Shown here: piece after piece, positions 46,901 through 58,299 of the stretch
Layout: each line of letters opens with the position of its first letter
How positions within the stretch are numbered: position 1 is the stretch's first letter
DNA from: Azolla caroliniana
Lineage: Eukaryota > Plantae > Polypodiophyta
Reading direction: 5' to 3'
Assembly (NCBI GenBank): GCA_043228905.1
Contig: JBHGNT010000001.1
Location: forward strand, 17,546,001 to 17,610,000
DNA: 64,000 nt
Translations under genes and position numbers: made by a program
The notes under the pieces: generated by a model
Seen by the model: only the letters and a program-made list of their open reading frames with translations
What the model was told of the DNA's origin: nothing
Databases searched by the model: none

Positions 46901-48466
46901 ATGAACCAGTCGATAATCCGACACGACCGGAAGATGACGCGGAAGAAGATTGGAGCGGGGTCCGGTCAACGGGGCCCGAACCGAAGAAGAGCTGGCAAGG
47001 CCGGATTTGTTCGGACAAACATGTACCGGCCGGTTACGATTATGGAAGGGAGCCGACCAAACCGGAACTCGATCGGCCAAGACCGATCTGGGCGAAGGCT
47101 AAGTCGGCATGATTGGAGGTTGAGGCGAACGAGCCACAACACCTGGTGGGAGCCGGTGAGCGCGAGAAGGAGGCCAAGCATGCACGAGGAGTACGACTCA
47201 GTGGGAGGCCAAGAGCGAGAGGATCCCTCCACATCTGTCCTTGAGACTTTGGCGGTTGCGGATCGACGTAAGACCAAAGAGACGACGGGTGGCGGCGAGG
47301 AGTCGGAGACTGGAACGGACGAGGCTACCGGAACGGGTACCCGGTGCGTGACGACGGACGAGCACGGTCAAGAGGGCCAAACGGAGACGGAAGGGTCTAC
47401 AACGACAAAGGAAGAAGAGGCCGACGCGGAAGTCGGGACTACGGCGGGAGAAGCGTGTAACACGAAGCATGCATTACGGCGTAAAACGGAGCATGCACTA
47501 CGGCCGGTGAAGGGCCAAGAAACGAGCATGTACCCGGAAGAGCGGCAACGAGTGACCGACAACGGCGGACCGGTCGAGCCTTTGAGAGGCAAGCACGCGG
47601 CAAGAGACGGAGCGATGAGTTGCCGGGATCAGCGGATGAACGACGAGAGCGGAGGATGGTGCGTGGAGAGCAAAGAACTACGCGCTGGGGAGAGAAAAAG
47701 CGGCGCCCCGGAGGACGTGCGGGGCCAAGCGGGCCAAGAGGATGCGAGTCGGGATGAAGCGGTAACGAGAGCCGCGAAGGACCCTGACACGAAGGTCGGG
47801 ATGACGATACACTCTACTACGAGAGAGCACGGAGAGCAAGGGAGAATCAAGGTGCGCGTAATGGGGTCACCTAAGGACCAAAGAATGAGCGTGCATTCGG
47901 AGGAGCCGCAACGAGTGACCGACGATGACGGTCGGAGGAAGCCTACGGGAGGCAAGCGCGGAGCAGGAAGAGTCGACACACCGAAGTGTTCTTCACGCGG
48001 AGACGATAAAACCAAAGGAGCGGCACGCAAAGGGCGGAAACCGGAGTGCGATCGGAGAGATCCGGAGCGCATCTGGAGGACATACGAGGCGAACCAAGAG
48101 GGTGTACCTCGGGGCGAAGCGGCAACATCGGAGGTTGCGGAGGACACCGAAGACGACAACACCGACTCGGATGTCGGGGAAGCAACTTACCTTTTTGAAA
48201 GGGTACGCAGAGCGGAGCAGAGTGCGAGACGTGCGATGTGGCCGCATAAGGGCCGAGCGACGAGCACGAGGATAATCGACGACGAAGTTCGGTGCGTGAT
48301 AGTGCTAAGTCGAGGAAGCGGCCGAGGTGAGACAAGCGTGGACGAAGAGCACACGTTGCAATATCCGGCCAACAGTCGGGAAGAACGAGGATTCGGCCCA
48401 AGGTCGCAGGCGGAAAACGAAGGAAGCCGAAGAGAGGCACGCGAAGATCGGGTCTGGCGGAGATAG
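46901..48466 (+). CDS. Low-complexity charged ORF (521 aa) inside element H, function unknown
   Basis: Long open frame in GC/purine-rich sequence; no recognisable domain. Confidence 0.3.
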   Translation: MNQSIIRHDRKMTRKKIGAGSGQRGPNRRRAGKAGFVRTNMYRPVTIMEGSRPNRNSIGQDRSGRRLSRHDWRLRRTSHNTWWEPVSARRRPSMHEEYDSVGGQEREDPSTSVLETLAVADRRKTKETTGGGEESETGTDEATGTGTRCVTTDEHGQEGQTETEGSTTTKEEEADAEVGTTAGEACNTKHALRRKTEHALRPVKGQETSMYPEERQRVTDNGGPVEPLRGKHAARDGAMSCRDQRMNDESGGWCVESKELRAGERKSGAPEDVRGQAGQEDASRDEAVTRAAKDPDTKVGMTIHSTTREHGEQGRIKVRVMGSPKDQRMSVHSEEPQRVTDDDGRRKPTGGKRGAGRVDTPKCSSRGDDKTKGAARKGRKPECDRRDPERIWRTYEANQEGVPRGEAATSEVAEDTEDDNTDSDVGEATYLFERVRRAEQSARRAMWPHKGRATSTRIIDDEVRCVIVLSRGSGRGETSVDEEHTLQYPANSREERGFGPRSQAENEGSRREAREDRVWRR

Positions 48467-49505
48467 TGGTTCGGCGAACTCCGTCGAGTATGGTGGATTG
48501 GATGGAGCCGACGGTTCGAGAGCATACGACAGATATGGCGAACCGAGAGGCTGTGGTGGTCGATTTGGGACGGATGGGCTTGCTCGAAGTGGAAGACGAA
48601 GTCGGGCAAAGCTGACAAAGACGCTAAGGACTCGGTTGACCGCCATGGCCGAAGATCTCACCTATTTCCCCTTCTTGGCACATACCGGTGGATGTGCAGT
48701 TTGGTGGGGGCGGATGTCGTGAAGATTTTCGTCCATAGGCGGAAACCAGGGTGGAAAGGGCAAGTCGGTGGTGTGCAACATGTGCACACGTGTACTAGGA
48801 AATAGTGTATAGAAATAAGAGGGGAAATTTTGTCCCACATTGTAAGGTCCCTCCCTCCTTGGGCTATAAAAGGAAGGGAGGGGTCACTTATGAAGGGTTG
48901 CCTATTTTGCGTATGAAAGGTATACCACTTAGTGTAGAGTTCTTACCGTTTTAGGGTTAGGGTTTCGTTATTCATCTTCGGTTAGGGTTTTCTCATAGTT
49001 TTGGTGCGGTCCATGCGTCCACCATTGTTGTAATCATTCGTTCGTTTTAATATATCTTGTAGTGGATCTTGCTTCCATCTATTTTGGTCTATGCTTATGT
49101 GCTACTCTTCATCTTCTCATCTGGTGTTAAGCTTCCATTTCTCATATCTTATTCTTTCTCCTCTACTCCCTAGTCCAAGACCCCCGTGGTCCCGCCCCTT
49201 CTACACGCACACGCGTAACAACACGACAAGATTAGTGTCAAGGATAAACATCCTCCCTTCACGGCGCCCTTGCGCGATTACTTTGCCTTCCTCTTCTATG
49301 AAGCGACCGAGATGCGTGAATTGAACCTGCATTCCCTGGTTGATGATCTAACCGACTGACACTAGGTTCTTCATTATTGTTGGGACGTGCAACACGTTCA
49401 TGAGTTTCCCTTTCTGCCCGACGTGGCTGAGAGGAACTTTGCCGACTGCGGAGTGTCGTCTCCCGTTTCGACCACTCCTTGTGATTCCGGTTTCTCTAGG
49501 TACGA

Positions 49506-52500
49506 TGTTGAGAGACAAGCTCAACATCGGCCGGATCGGCTGAAGAAGCCGAGGACCGGATCGGTTGGGACCGATCGGTTAGGCCGAGTGCGTAAACCGG
49601 GAGGTCGTTAGGAAAGATATTCCATGAGGAATATATTTGGGAGTTAGTGTAGGAGCTCTTGATGAGCATTGAAGTACTGTCAGTACTTCGGTCAGTCCTT
49701 ATAGGACTTGTATAAAAGTGTTCACTGAGCACGTCTTATGTACAGATTGAGTATTATTGTTGAATATAGTTCTTGTGATTTCTCTCTCTCTCTCTCTCTG
49801 TCTCTCTCGCGTATACTGCGTAAGCTCGAGCTCTCCATTAAACCTGAGTCTTTCTTCCTTTTGTTCGGCCTTTATACCTGTTTCCACATGTTACTTTTTA
49901 CATGGTATCAGAGCGCGAGGGTTGAGAACCTCTTTGCAGCCAACACAGCTTGTCGAAGAAGAACAAGAAGAACGATGGATAGAGGCATGGCGAGCTCGCT
50001 TCCAACAGAGAAGCTCGATAGAACCAACTACGCGTCTTGGTCCTACAAGATGCACCAGTACCTGCTCGGGCACGGCTACTGGAGTTATGTTGAAGGAGCT
50101 AATGACGCGGCACCCGAATCGACACACAGAGACTTTCTGTCGTGGGAGCAATCGGCGAGCAGGGTATTATACTGCTTCGCATCGTATGTGGGCGAACAGC
50201 TATTGAGCTATGTTCGGGATGCAAAGACGCCGAAGGGTGCGTGGGAAAATCTGAAGAAGATTTTAGCCGCGAGCACCACAACCAGGAAGCTTCAGCTCCG
50301 ATAGGAGTTGAGCAACCTACGACAACGCGACTTGTCGGTGGCGGACTATACCTCGAAGATCAAGGATATCTGCGACTCCCTCGCCTCTATAGAGGTGAAC
50401 ATCGAGGAGAGCGAGATGGTCCAGATCTGTCTCGAAGGTTTGGCGTCGAAGTTCGGAGCGTTCCGAACGACTGTGTGTACCCGGGAGAATACACCGTCCT
50501 TTTTCGACTTACAATCAATGCTCCTAGTAGAGGAGAACCACGCAGGTGTGTCTACAAGCACGCACACCGACAACAGAATGTTGTACACGGAGGGAGATAG
50601 GCCCTGTGGACGTGGAGGACGAGGCGAGTCGGCGCGCAATGGAGGCGGCCGATGAGATCAAGGAAGAAGGCACCGAAGTGATGCCGACAGCAACTCCGAA
50701 CCCTCCGGAAACAGGGGGAGTCGAAGCGATGAGAACCAGCAAGGGAAGGCCATCGCGGAGTGCTGGTACTGTGGCAAGAAAGGCCATAGGGAAAGTGAGT
50801 GTTGGAAGAAGCACGCCGATTCGGAGAGAAACGGCTCCAGACATACCGACAAGGGAAATCGGCAACAATCGCACTACGCCGAAGACTCCGGGAGAGTCGG
50901 AGAAGGGTCTGCCTTCGTGACGAAACACGAAGCAAACTCAATGAAATGGACCACCCCGAGATCGGATGAGGTGTGGTACGTAGACTCTGGCGCGTCAAAC
51001 CACATGACGAGCCATAAGGAGTGGTTCTCGTACCTTGAAAAACCGATACAACCTGGAGTAGTCGCAATTGGAGACGACACTCCGCATCCGATCGCGAATG
51101 TTGGAGAAGTTCCCCTTAGCCATGTCGGGCAGAAAGGGAAACTCATGAACGTGCTGCACGTCCCGAAAATCACGAAAGACTTGGTCTCTGTCGGATAGAT
51201 CGTCGACCAAGGGATGGAGGTTCGGTTTACACACCTCGGGTGCTTCATTGAGGAAGAAGGCCGTGTGATTGCGCAAGGGCGCAGAGACGGGAGGATGTTC
51301 ATCCTTGATTCCACTGACGGTGGCACCGCAATGTTCGCGAAGGGACAAAAGACCGAGTCGGACATCGACTTGTGGCACAAGCGGATAGGCCACATCAACC
51401 ACCAACGGCTTCAAGATCTGCAATCGAAACAGGTAGTGTTCGGATTGCCCAAATTTAGTGGCCGAAAGGCACAAATTTGTGAAGCTTGCCAGCTCGGGAA
51501 GCAACACCGACTTCCTTTCCCCAACGAGCAAAACTGGAGACAGAACAAGCTCTACCTTATACACTCCGATGTATGGGGGCCGACACAAAACGTTAGTCTT
51601 GGCGGGAGCCGATATTTCGTCTCCTTCATCGACGACCACACGCGACACACGTGGATCTACCTCATTGAGAGGAAGAGCGAAGTCTTCGATTGTTTCCGTG
51701 ACCTCAAAGGGTTCGTGGAAACGGAAACGGGACGAAAGATCAAGTGCCTACGGTCGGATGGCGGGAAAGAGTACTTTTCCGGTCAATTCAACGGTTATCT
51801 ACAACAAATGGGAATTCAGCGCGAATTCAGTTATAGATACACGCCGGAGCAGAACGGCGTGGCCGAGAGGTAGAATCGGTCAGTCGTGGAAGCGGCACGG
51901 GCAATGCTGGAGGAAAAGAGCTTACCCAAGTTCTACTGGGCCGAGGCGGTTAGGACTGTGGTATACATCCAGAATCGGATCGGAGACAAGGTGTCAGCGC
52001 ACGAGCTATATTTCGGAACGAAGCCGAACTTGCGACACTTGAGGTTGTTCGGGAGCATTGCGTATGTGCATGTACTGAAGGAGAAAAGGAGGAAGCTGGA
52101 CGCAAAGGCCGAGAAATGCATCTTGGTCGGTTACTCGGACGAGCAGAAGGGTTATAAGTGCTATAACCCTCGCACCAAACAAGCGCGTGTTAGCCGCGAC
52201 GTTGTGTTTGACGAGACCGCGTCCTGGTACCAGCCCCCGACTCCAATCTGAGCTTTGACGATGAGGTCAGCGAGGCCGAGATGCCTCCGGATGAGCCCGA
52301 AATCGAGACCCACGAAGAGAGTCCGATTTCACTCCGGTTAAGTGGACCGATTGGACGATTGAGTCGGTACAACCAGTCCGATGAAGAGCCGGCGAGTAGT
52401 GGAGACTCGGCCGTGCATTCCCCGCGCAGGAAGCCGAGGAGACGGCTTACGCGCAAAGAGAAATGGAAGAAGAAGGTGTCGAATTCTGGCACGGATAGGA

Positions 52501-55175
52501 ACGAGTCAGACCGACACGAGTCCGACTCCGAGGGAACTGGTGATGGGTCTTTAAAGGTGAAGTCCGCGTTGACCGAGAAGGCCTCGACATCGGCTAATGT
52601 GAGATTACGCCGATCTACCCGCCAGAAGAATCCTGTTTTGCGGTTCGGATACAACGAGTACATGGCGCATCATTATGCATACATGACCCGTGTAGCGGAA
52701 GTGCGTGAGCCGGAGAGCTATGCAGAAGCGGCTAAAGACGCGAATTGGCGTGCCGCGATGGAGGAAGAGATGCACGCATTGGCGGAGAATGAGACCTGGG
52801 ACCTGGTTAAAGCACCGAAGGGTGTGAAGCCGACCGGGTGTAGGTGGGTATACAAAGTCAAGTACAACACCGATGGCTCGGTCAACCGGTACAAGGCTCG
52901 GCTTGTGGCAAAGGGCTACGCACAGAAACACGACATCGACTACGATGAGACGTTTGCGCCGGTTGTGAAAATGACGATCGTCCGTGTTTTGCTCGCATCA
53001 GCTGTGGTGAAGGGGTGGCACTTACATCAAATGGATGTAAAGAATGCGTTCTTGCAAGGTGACCTTGAGGAACAGGTGTACATGGTACATGCCCCGGATT
53101 TCACTCTGGAACGAACTCCTCGGCAGTATGCCGACTGAAGAAGTCCCTTTACGAATTGAAGCAAGCCCCGCGTGCCTAGAACGTGAAGATCACGCAACAA
53201 CTGCGTCGGATGGGCTCCGTCACGTCAAAATTGGACTCTTCCCTGTTCATCCGGAAAGGTCGACTCGGACCGGTTAGTATTTTACTATATGTTGATGACT
53301 TGGTCATCACCGGCGCCGACCTAGGTGAAATCAACCGCGTGAAGCTCCAGCTTGTGGCATCGTTCGACATGAAGGATCTGGGGGACCTTCATTACTTCCT
53401 CGGGATTGAAGTGATCCGTACCCCCGAAGGCATATTGATCAACCAACGTCATTACGTGCTGGGTATGCTCTTCAAACTCGGGATGGCCGACTGTAAGTCC
53501 GTCTCGACTCCTCTGGACAGAACCATCAAGCTTCATCCCAATACAGGAAAGGTATGCGACCCGATGAGGTTCTGACAAATTGTTGGAAGCCTCATATACT
53601 TGACCATCACCCGACCCGACCTCAGTTATCCGGTCGGGGTGATCAGTCAGTTCATGGCGCGACCTACCGAGGAGCACCTTCAGTGTGCGCAATGCGTACT
53701 GCGATACGTAAGTGGCACTAAGGACTGAGGACTGCTATATCGGAACGATGCAGTTGCGCAGTTAGTTGGCTACACCGATGCTGATTGGGCTGGCAACGCC
53801 ACCGATCGCCGATCCACGTCCGGATACGCATTCTCCCTCGGGAGTGCCGCGATCGCGTGGAGTAGTAAGAAGCAGCCGACAGTTGCACTGTCGAGCACTG
53901 AAGCTGAGTACCGAGGAGTGGCTGTCGCGACATGCAAAGCCATATGGTTGAAGCGGCTACTTAAGGACCTGCAAGTGGAGGTGTTAGATTCGACGACGAT
54001 CTACTACGACAACCTCAGGAACATCCAACTCGCGAAGAACCCCGTTTTCCACGCACGGACCAAGCACATTGAGGTGCACTACCATTTCGTCCGTGAGTGT
54101 GTCCTTTCCGGTGAAGTCGAACTTCAGTACGTTCCGACGGATCGGCAGACTACCGACATCTTCACCAAGCCTCTTGGTCTGGACAAGTTGCGGCAATTCG
54201 CAGGTGCGCTGGGGTTGCGTCACCTCGATGTGCCGACCTTGAGGGGGAGAATAGTCCCGAACGACCAAGCAAGGCAGCAGGAAAGGAGCGGAGACCGCGA
54301 CACCGAGTCCGAGTCGGTAGACTCGGTTGTCGAGTTCGAGTTCGGATCGGCTGAAGAAGCCGAGGGCGGACCCACGGAAAAGTCCGAAAGTGGACAGAAG
54401 GGGAGCAACCGAAGGAGAGAGCCGAAGCCAACCACGCATGGGGGAGATGACGCAATCGAGGACGAGAAGACCGAAGACGAGTTGGAGACAACCAACTAGG
54501 ACGAGAGCGAAAACCGATCGGAGGTAGCCGAGTCGGTTCAGATGTTTGATTCAGACACACTGAATCAACCGAGGCCCAAGCGGAAGAAAAGGCAGCAGGA
54601 GAAGCGTCAACAACGCAACTGCAGGAGAGCTGATAAGGGCTGCATGAGCAGAGAAGCCGACCAGAAGGGTCGAAACGCGCGGAGTCGAACAGGTCGAGGA
54701 GCACGAGCGAGGCGTGAAGCCAGGAGGAACCGGAGCCGTGAGCCCGAGGATCCTGAAGAGCCTCAAGTTGAGCTTGAGGGGGATTGTTGAGAAACAAGCT
54801 CAACATCGGCTGGATCGGCTAAAGAAGCCGAGGACCGGATTGGTTGGGACCGATCGGTTAGGCCGAGTGCGTAAACCGGGAGGTCGTTAGGAAAGATATT
54901 CCGTGAGGAATATATTTGGGAGTTAGTGTAGGAGCTCTTGATGAGCATTGAAGTACTGTCAGTACTTCGGTTAGTCCTTCTAGGACTTGTATAAAAGTGT
55001 TCACTGAGCACGTCTTATGTACAGATTGAGTATTATTGTTGAATATAGTTCTTGTGATTTCTCTCTCTCTCTCTCTCTCCCGCGTATACTACGTAAGCTC
55101 GAGCTCTCCATTAAACCTGAGTCTTTCTTCCTTTTGTTCGGCCTTTATACCTGCTTCCGCACGTTACTTTTTACA
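49506..55175 (+). mobile_element. Full-length Ty1/Copia element I, decayed
   Basis: LTRs 49506-49902 and 54785-55175 (about 12 substitutions plus CT-tract length change); TSD TACGA at 49501-49505 and 55176-55180; PBS 49903-49914; gag-PR-INT-RT-RH with stops and frameshifts. Confidence 0.95.
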
Positions 55176-56720
55176 TACGAGAACCATTCTACGTGACTCG
55201 TCATATGATTTGACGCTCCGGAATCAACATACCACACCTCACTTGATTTTGAGGCATTCACAGCCATAGAATTGGCCTTATGCTTCATTACAAAGGCTGG
55301 GCCTGATTTGTTTCTGGCTCGTTCACAGCCTTCTGCGTAGTGTGATCTCTGATGCCTCTCTGCGTCTCTTCGGCTCGATCCGGCTTTGTCCGAATCGGCT
55401 CGCTTTTTCCAGCAATCGCTCTCCTTGTGGACTTTCTTGCCACAGTACCAGCAATCCGGCGCAGTCTTCTCTTGTCGTCTTCTAGTGTTGCCATGACTCC
55501 ATCTCTATTATGCCGAACATTTTGCTCTTTTCGGCCGCCTCCATTGCGCGCCGATCCTCCTCGTCCACCACAACCACGGGGCCTATCATCCTCCGTGTAT
55601 AGTATCTTGCCATCGACGTGCGCACTCGTTGACGCACCTGCGCGGTTTTCTTCTACAAGCAACATTAACTAAAGCTCGAAAAACGAAGGCGTAATCCCCC
55701 TCGTGCAGACTACCGTTCGGAAAGGTCCAAACTTTGACGCCAAGCCACCAAGACAAACCTGCACCATTTTATCTTCCTCAACGTTCACGTTGACGGAGGC
55801 AAGAGAGTCGCAGATTTCTTTGATCTTGGTGGTGTAATCAGCCACCGACATATCTCTTTGTCGTACATTGTTGAGCTCCTGTCTGAGCTGCAGCTTTCTG
55901 GCCGTTGTGCTAGCGGCGAAAATCCTTTTGAGCTTTTCCCATGTGTCCTTCGGTGTCTTGGCATCCCAAATATAGCTCAAAAGTTGATCGCTCACAGAAG
56001 ACGCGAAGTAGTACAACACTCAGCTTGCCGCTTGTTCCCAAACCGGACAGTCCCTGTGTGTCGAGTCGGGTGCCAGATCATTTGCTCCTTCGACGTAACT
56101 CTAGTAGCCATGGCCGAGTAGGTACTGGTGCATCTTGTAAGACCAAGATGTGTAGTTGCTTCTGTCAAGCTTTTCAGTCGGAAGTGAGCTTCCCATTCCT
56201 CTGTCCATAGTACTGTCTTTTTCTTCTCCGAAAGCAAACAACTTCAACTCTGTTTCGTCACAAACTTTTCTTGTTGGCTGCAGAGGAATTCAACCCTCGC
56301 GCTCTGATACCATGTAAAAGAATACGTTGTGCGGAAGCGTGTGCGCAAACACAGACTACATAGTTCGGAGGAATAAGACAGTTCAGTAAAACACAGAAAA
56401 CGCAGAGATGGAGATGGAGATGGAGAGAGCAATCAACAGAGAACTCAGATTCAAAAATAATGACTCTCTGTTTTGTGTGAGCACATTATATACAAGCCTT
56501 GAAAATCGGGCTGGCACAAGTACTAATAGTACTTGAATGCTCATAAATGAGCCGACTACACAAACTCCCAAAATTATTCCCTTACGAGGAATAGTGCTCT
56601 AACGGCCTCTTCAGTTTTCACACCGATGCGGCCATGTTGTGCGTACTTTTTCACGCACCCAGTCTATGCACTGGATTACGCTACGTACTTTGCACCGAAT
56701 GCTGGGATTGTCTCTCAACA

Positions 56721-57875
56721 CTACAATGTCGACCATCCATTTGAAGTTGATTGTCGGTGAGAATGTCGGATGTAACTCATCTCGGTGTTGAACTCCAGGG
56801 TAGATTTGACACTTCTCGCAGCTTTCCGTGACCTCTGCTATATCTTTGTACATATTCTTCCACCAATATTTTTGTTTGATTTTCACAAAAGTTGCCCATG
56901 TTCCTCGATGTCCAGCCCAATTGGATTTGTGAAACTCAGACATTATCCGGTTTCGTTGCTCTTTCGTCTCGACTGCCTGAAGTGGTATGCCATCCGGTCT
57001 TTTCGGCTCCCTCCATATTAATCCATTTTTCAAGAAGAACTTTTGGACTTGCCTCTTCTTCCTTCGGATCTCAGCTCTCTTCTCTTTATCGTCCGATGAT
57101 TCCTCAATCTCTTTTAGAACCTTCCCGATCATCAAGCTTTCTCCCTCGTATTCTTCTTCTTGGAATTCTCGGATTACGTTTACTCGGCATATGTGCTCCG
57201 AAGCAAAGTAGTCTTCAGAAACTTCTTCATTATCGGATTTGGCTATGTCATCTCTGAACCGAGCCCTTGATAGCATATCCGCTACCGCGTTGTCTTTTCC
57301 AGAGATGTTTTGTACGTCCGGGTTAAGCAACTTAACATATGCAATCCATCTTAGCATAGCCACATCTGGTATCGTGCAACACCGCATCATCTCGAGTATC
57401 GGAAGACAATCCATTTCGATCACTACTTCGGCTCCGATCAAATAATCTTGATCCAATTTGATTGCCGACACGACTCCCCATAATTCTCTTTTGACTTGTG
57501 CATATCTGCGTTGCCTTTCGTTGAGAACCTTTGCTCCAAATCGGATCGAATATCGCAAACCATCCGAGTCGGCTTCATTGATGACCCATCCAATTCCGGT
57601 TGGACTTGTATCAACTATTACTATGATCGGTCACTCATAACTCGGCTTCTTAAGTGCTTCAACCCTCCATAGTGTTTTCTTGAGCTTCTTCATGGCTTTG
57701 GTGTGTTCCGGTTTCCATTCGAACTTCTTCCCCTTCCGCAATAAGTGATAGAGTGGGTCCGCAATATGTGCATAGTGTGGAATCCATATGTGATAAAATG
57801 CACAAGCTCCAAGAAACCTTCGGACTTCGGATTGTGACTCACATACTTCTTTCATAGCTTGAATTGCATCGGTCT
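56721..57875 (-). pseudogene. Ty3/Gypsy pol fragment (RT C-terminus, RNase H, integrase Zn finger)
   Basis: EVRRFLGACAFYHIWIPHYA; RYAQVKRELWGV; NAVADMLSR; HKSNWAGHRG...YWWKNM...SCEKCQ. Confidence 0.88.
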
Positions 57876-57879
57876 TGGT

Positions 57880-58290
57880 ATTTGAGAGATTACAAGGCGG
57901 AAATGCTACGGTGCGGAATTTCGGAAGGACTGCAAGTGACATCCTTGAACCGGGTGGCTACCGACGGGCTTCAAGGGTGTACCTGACGTTGGAGGCATTT
58001 GAAGAGGCGTTGAAGATCACGTTCTCCATCAAGGACCCCTCCAAGGCAACGAGGAGGGGATTTGAAGATTGGGTGGAAACACCGGATAAGGGGATGAAGG
58101 TCCTCATTGTGTTTTCATCATTCGATGGTTGGTTCGGGAGGTTTTCTGCGAGAGATCAAGCTATCCTCGCACTGGACAAAGTGATCATGTTCCTACGAGC
58201 CATGGATGTCTGGGACCGGAAAGACCTTGGAGTGGTTCTATAGGACACGACCACCGAGAGTGGTCTCACCGATACATGGGATAACGTGTG
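57880..58290 (+). pseudogene. gag-like fragment related to the gag-like ORF of element H
   Basis: EAFEEALKITF...FEDWV...FSSFDGWFGRFSARDQ...DKVIMFLRAM parallels the H sequence ...FDRWV...FERRFSQLS...DKVLSFLKTI. Confidence 0.55.
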
Positions 58291-58299
58291 AGATATCTT

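Larger units (their letters stand above)
44486..49228 (+). mobile_element. Non-autonomous LTR element H (514-bp LTRs, tRNA-Trp PBS, gag-like ORF, no pol)
   Basis: LTRs 44486-44999 and 48715-49228 (TGTCG...CGACA, about 17 differences by manual count); PBS TGGTGAACCCGACGTGA 45004-45020; PPT ggtgggggcgga before 48715; no RT or INT motifs. Confidence 0.9.
40938..56720 (-). mobile_element. Ty1/Copia element G hosting two nested insertions
   Basis: 5' LTR 56313-56720, PBS 56301-56312, gag 56207-55290, PR around 55200/49400, INT 44255-43098, RT 43097-42126, RNase H 41944-41546. PPT and truncated 3' LTR 40938-40998 match 56660-56720. Confidence 0.9.
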
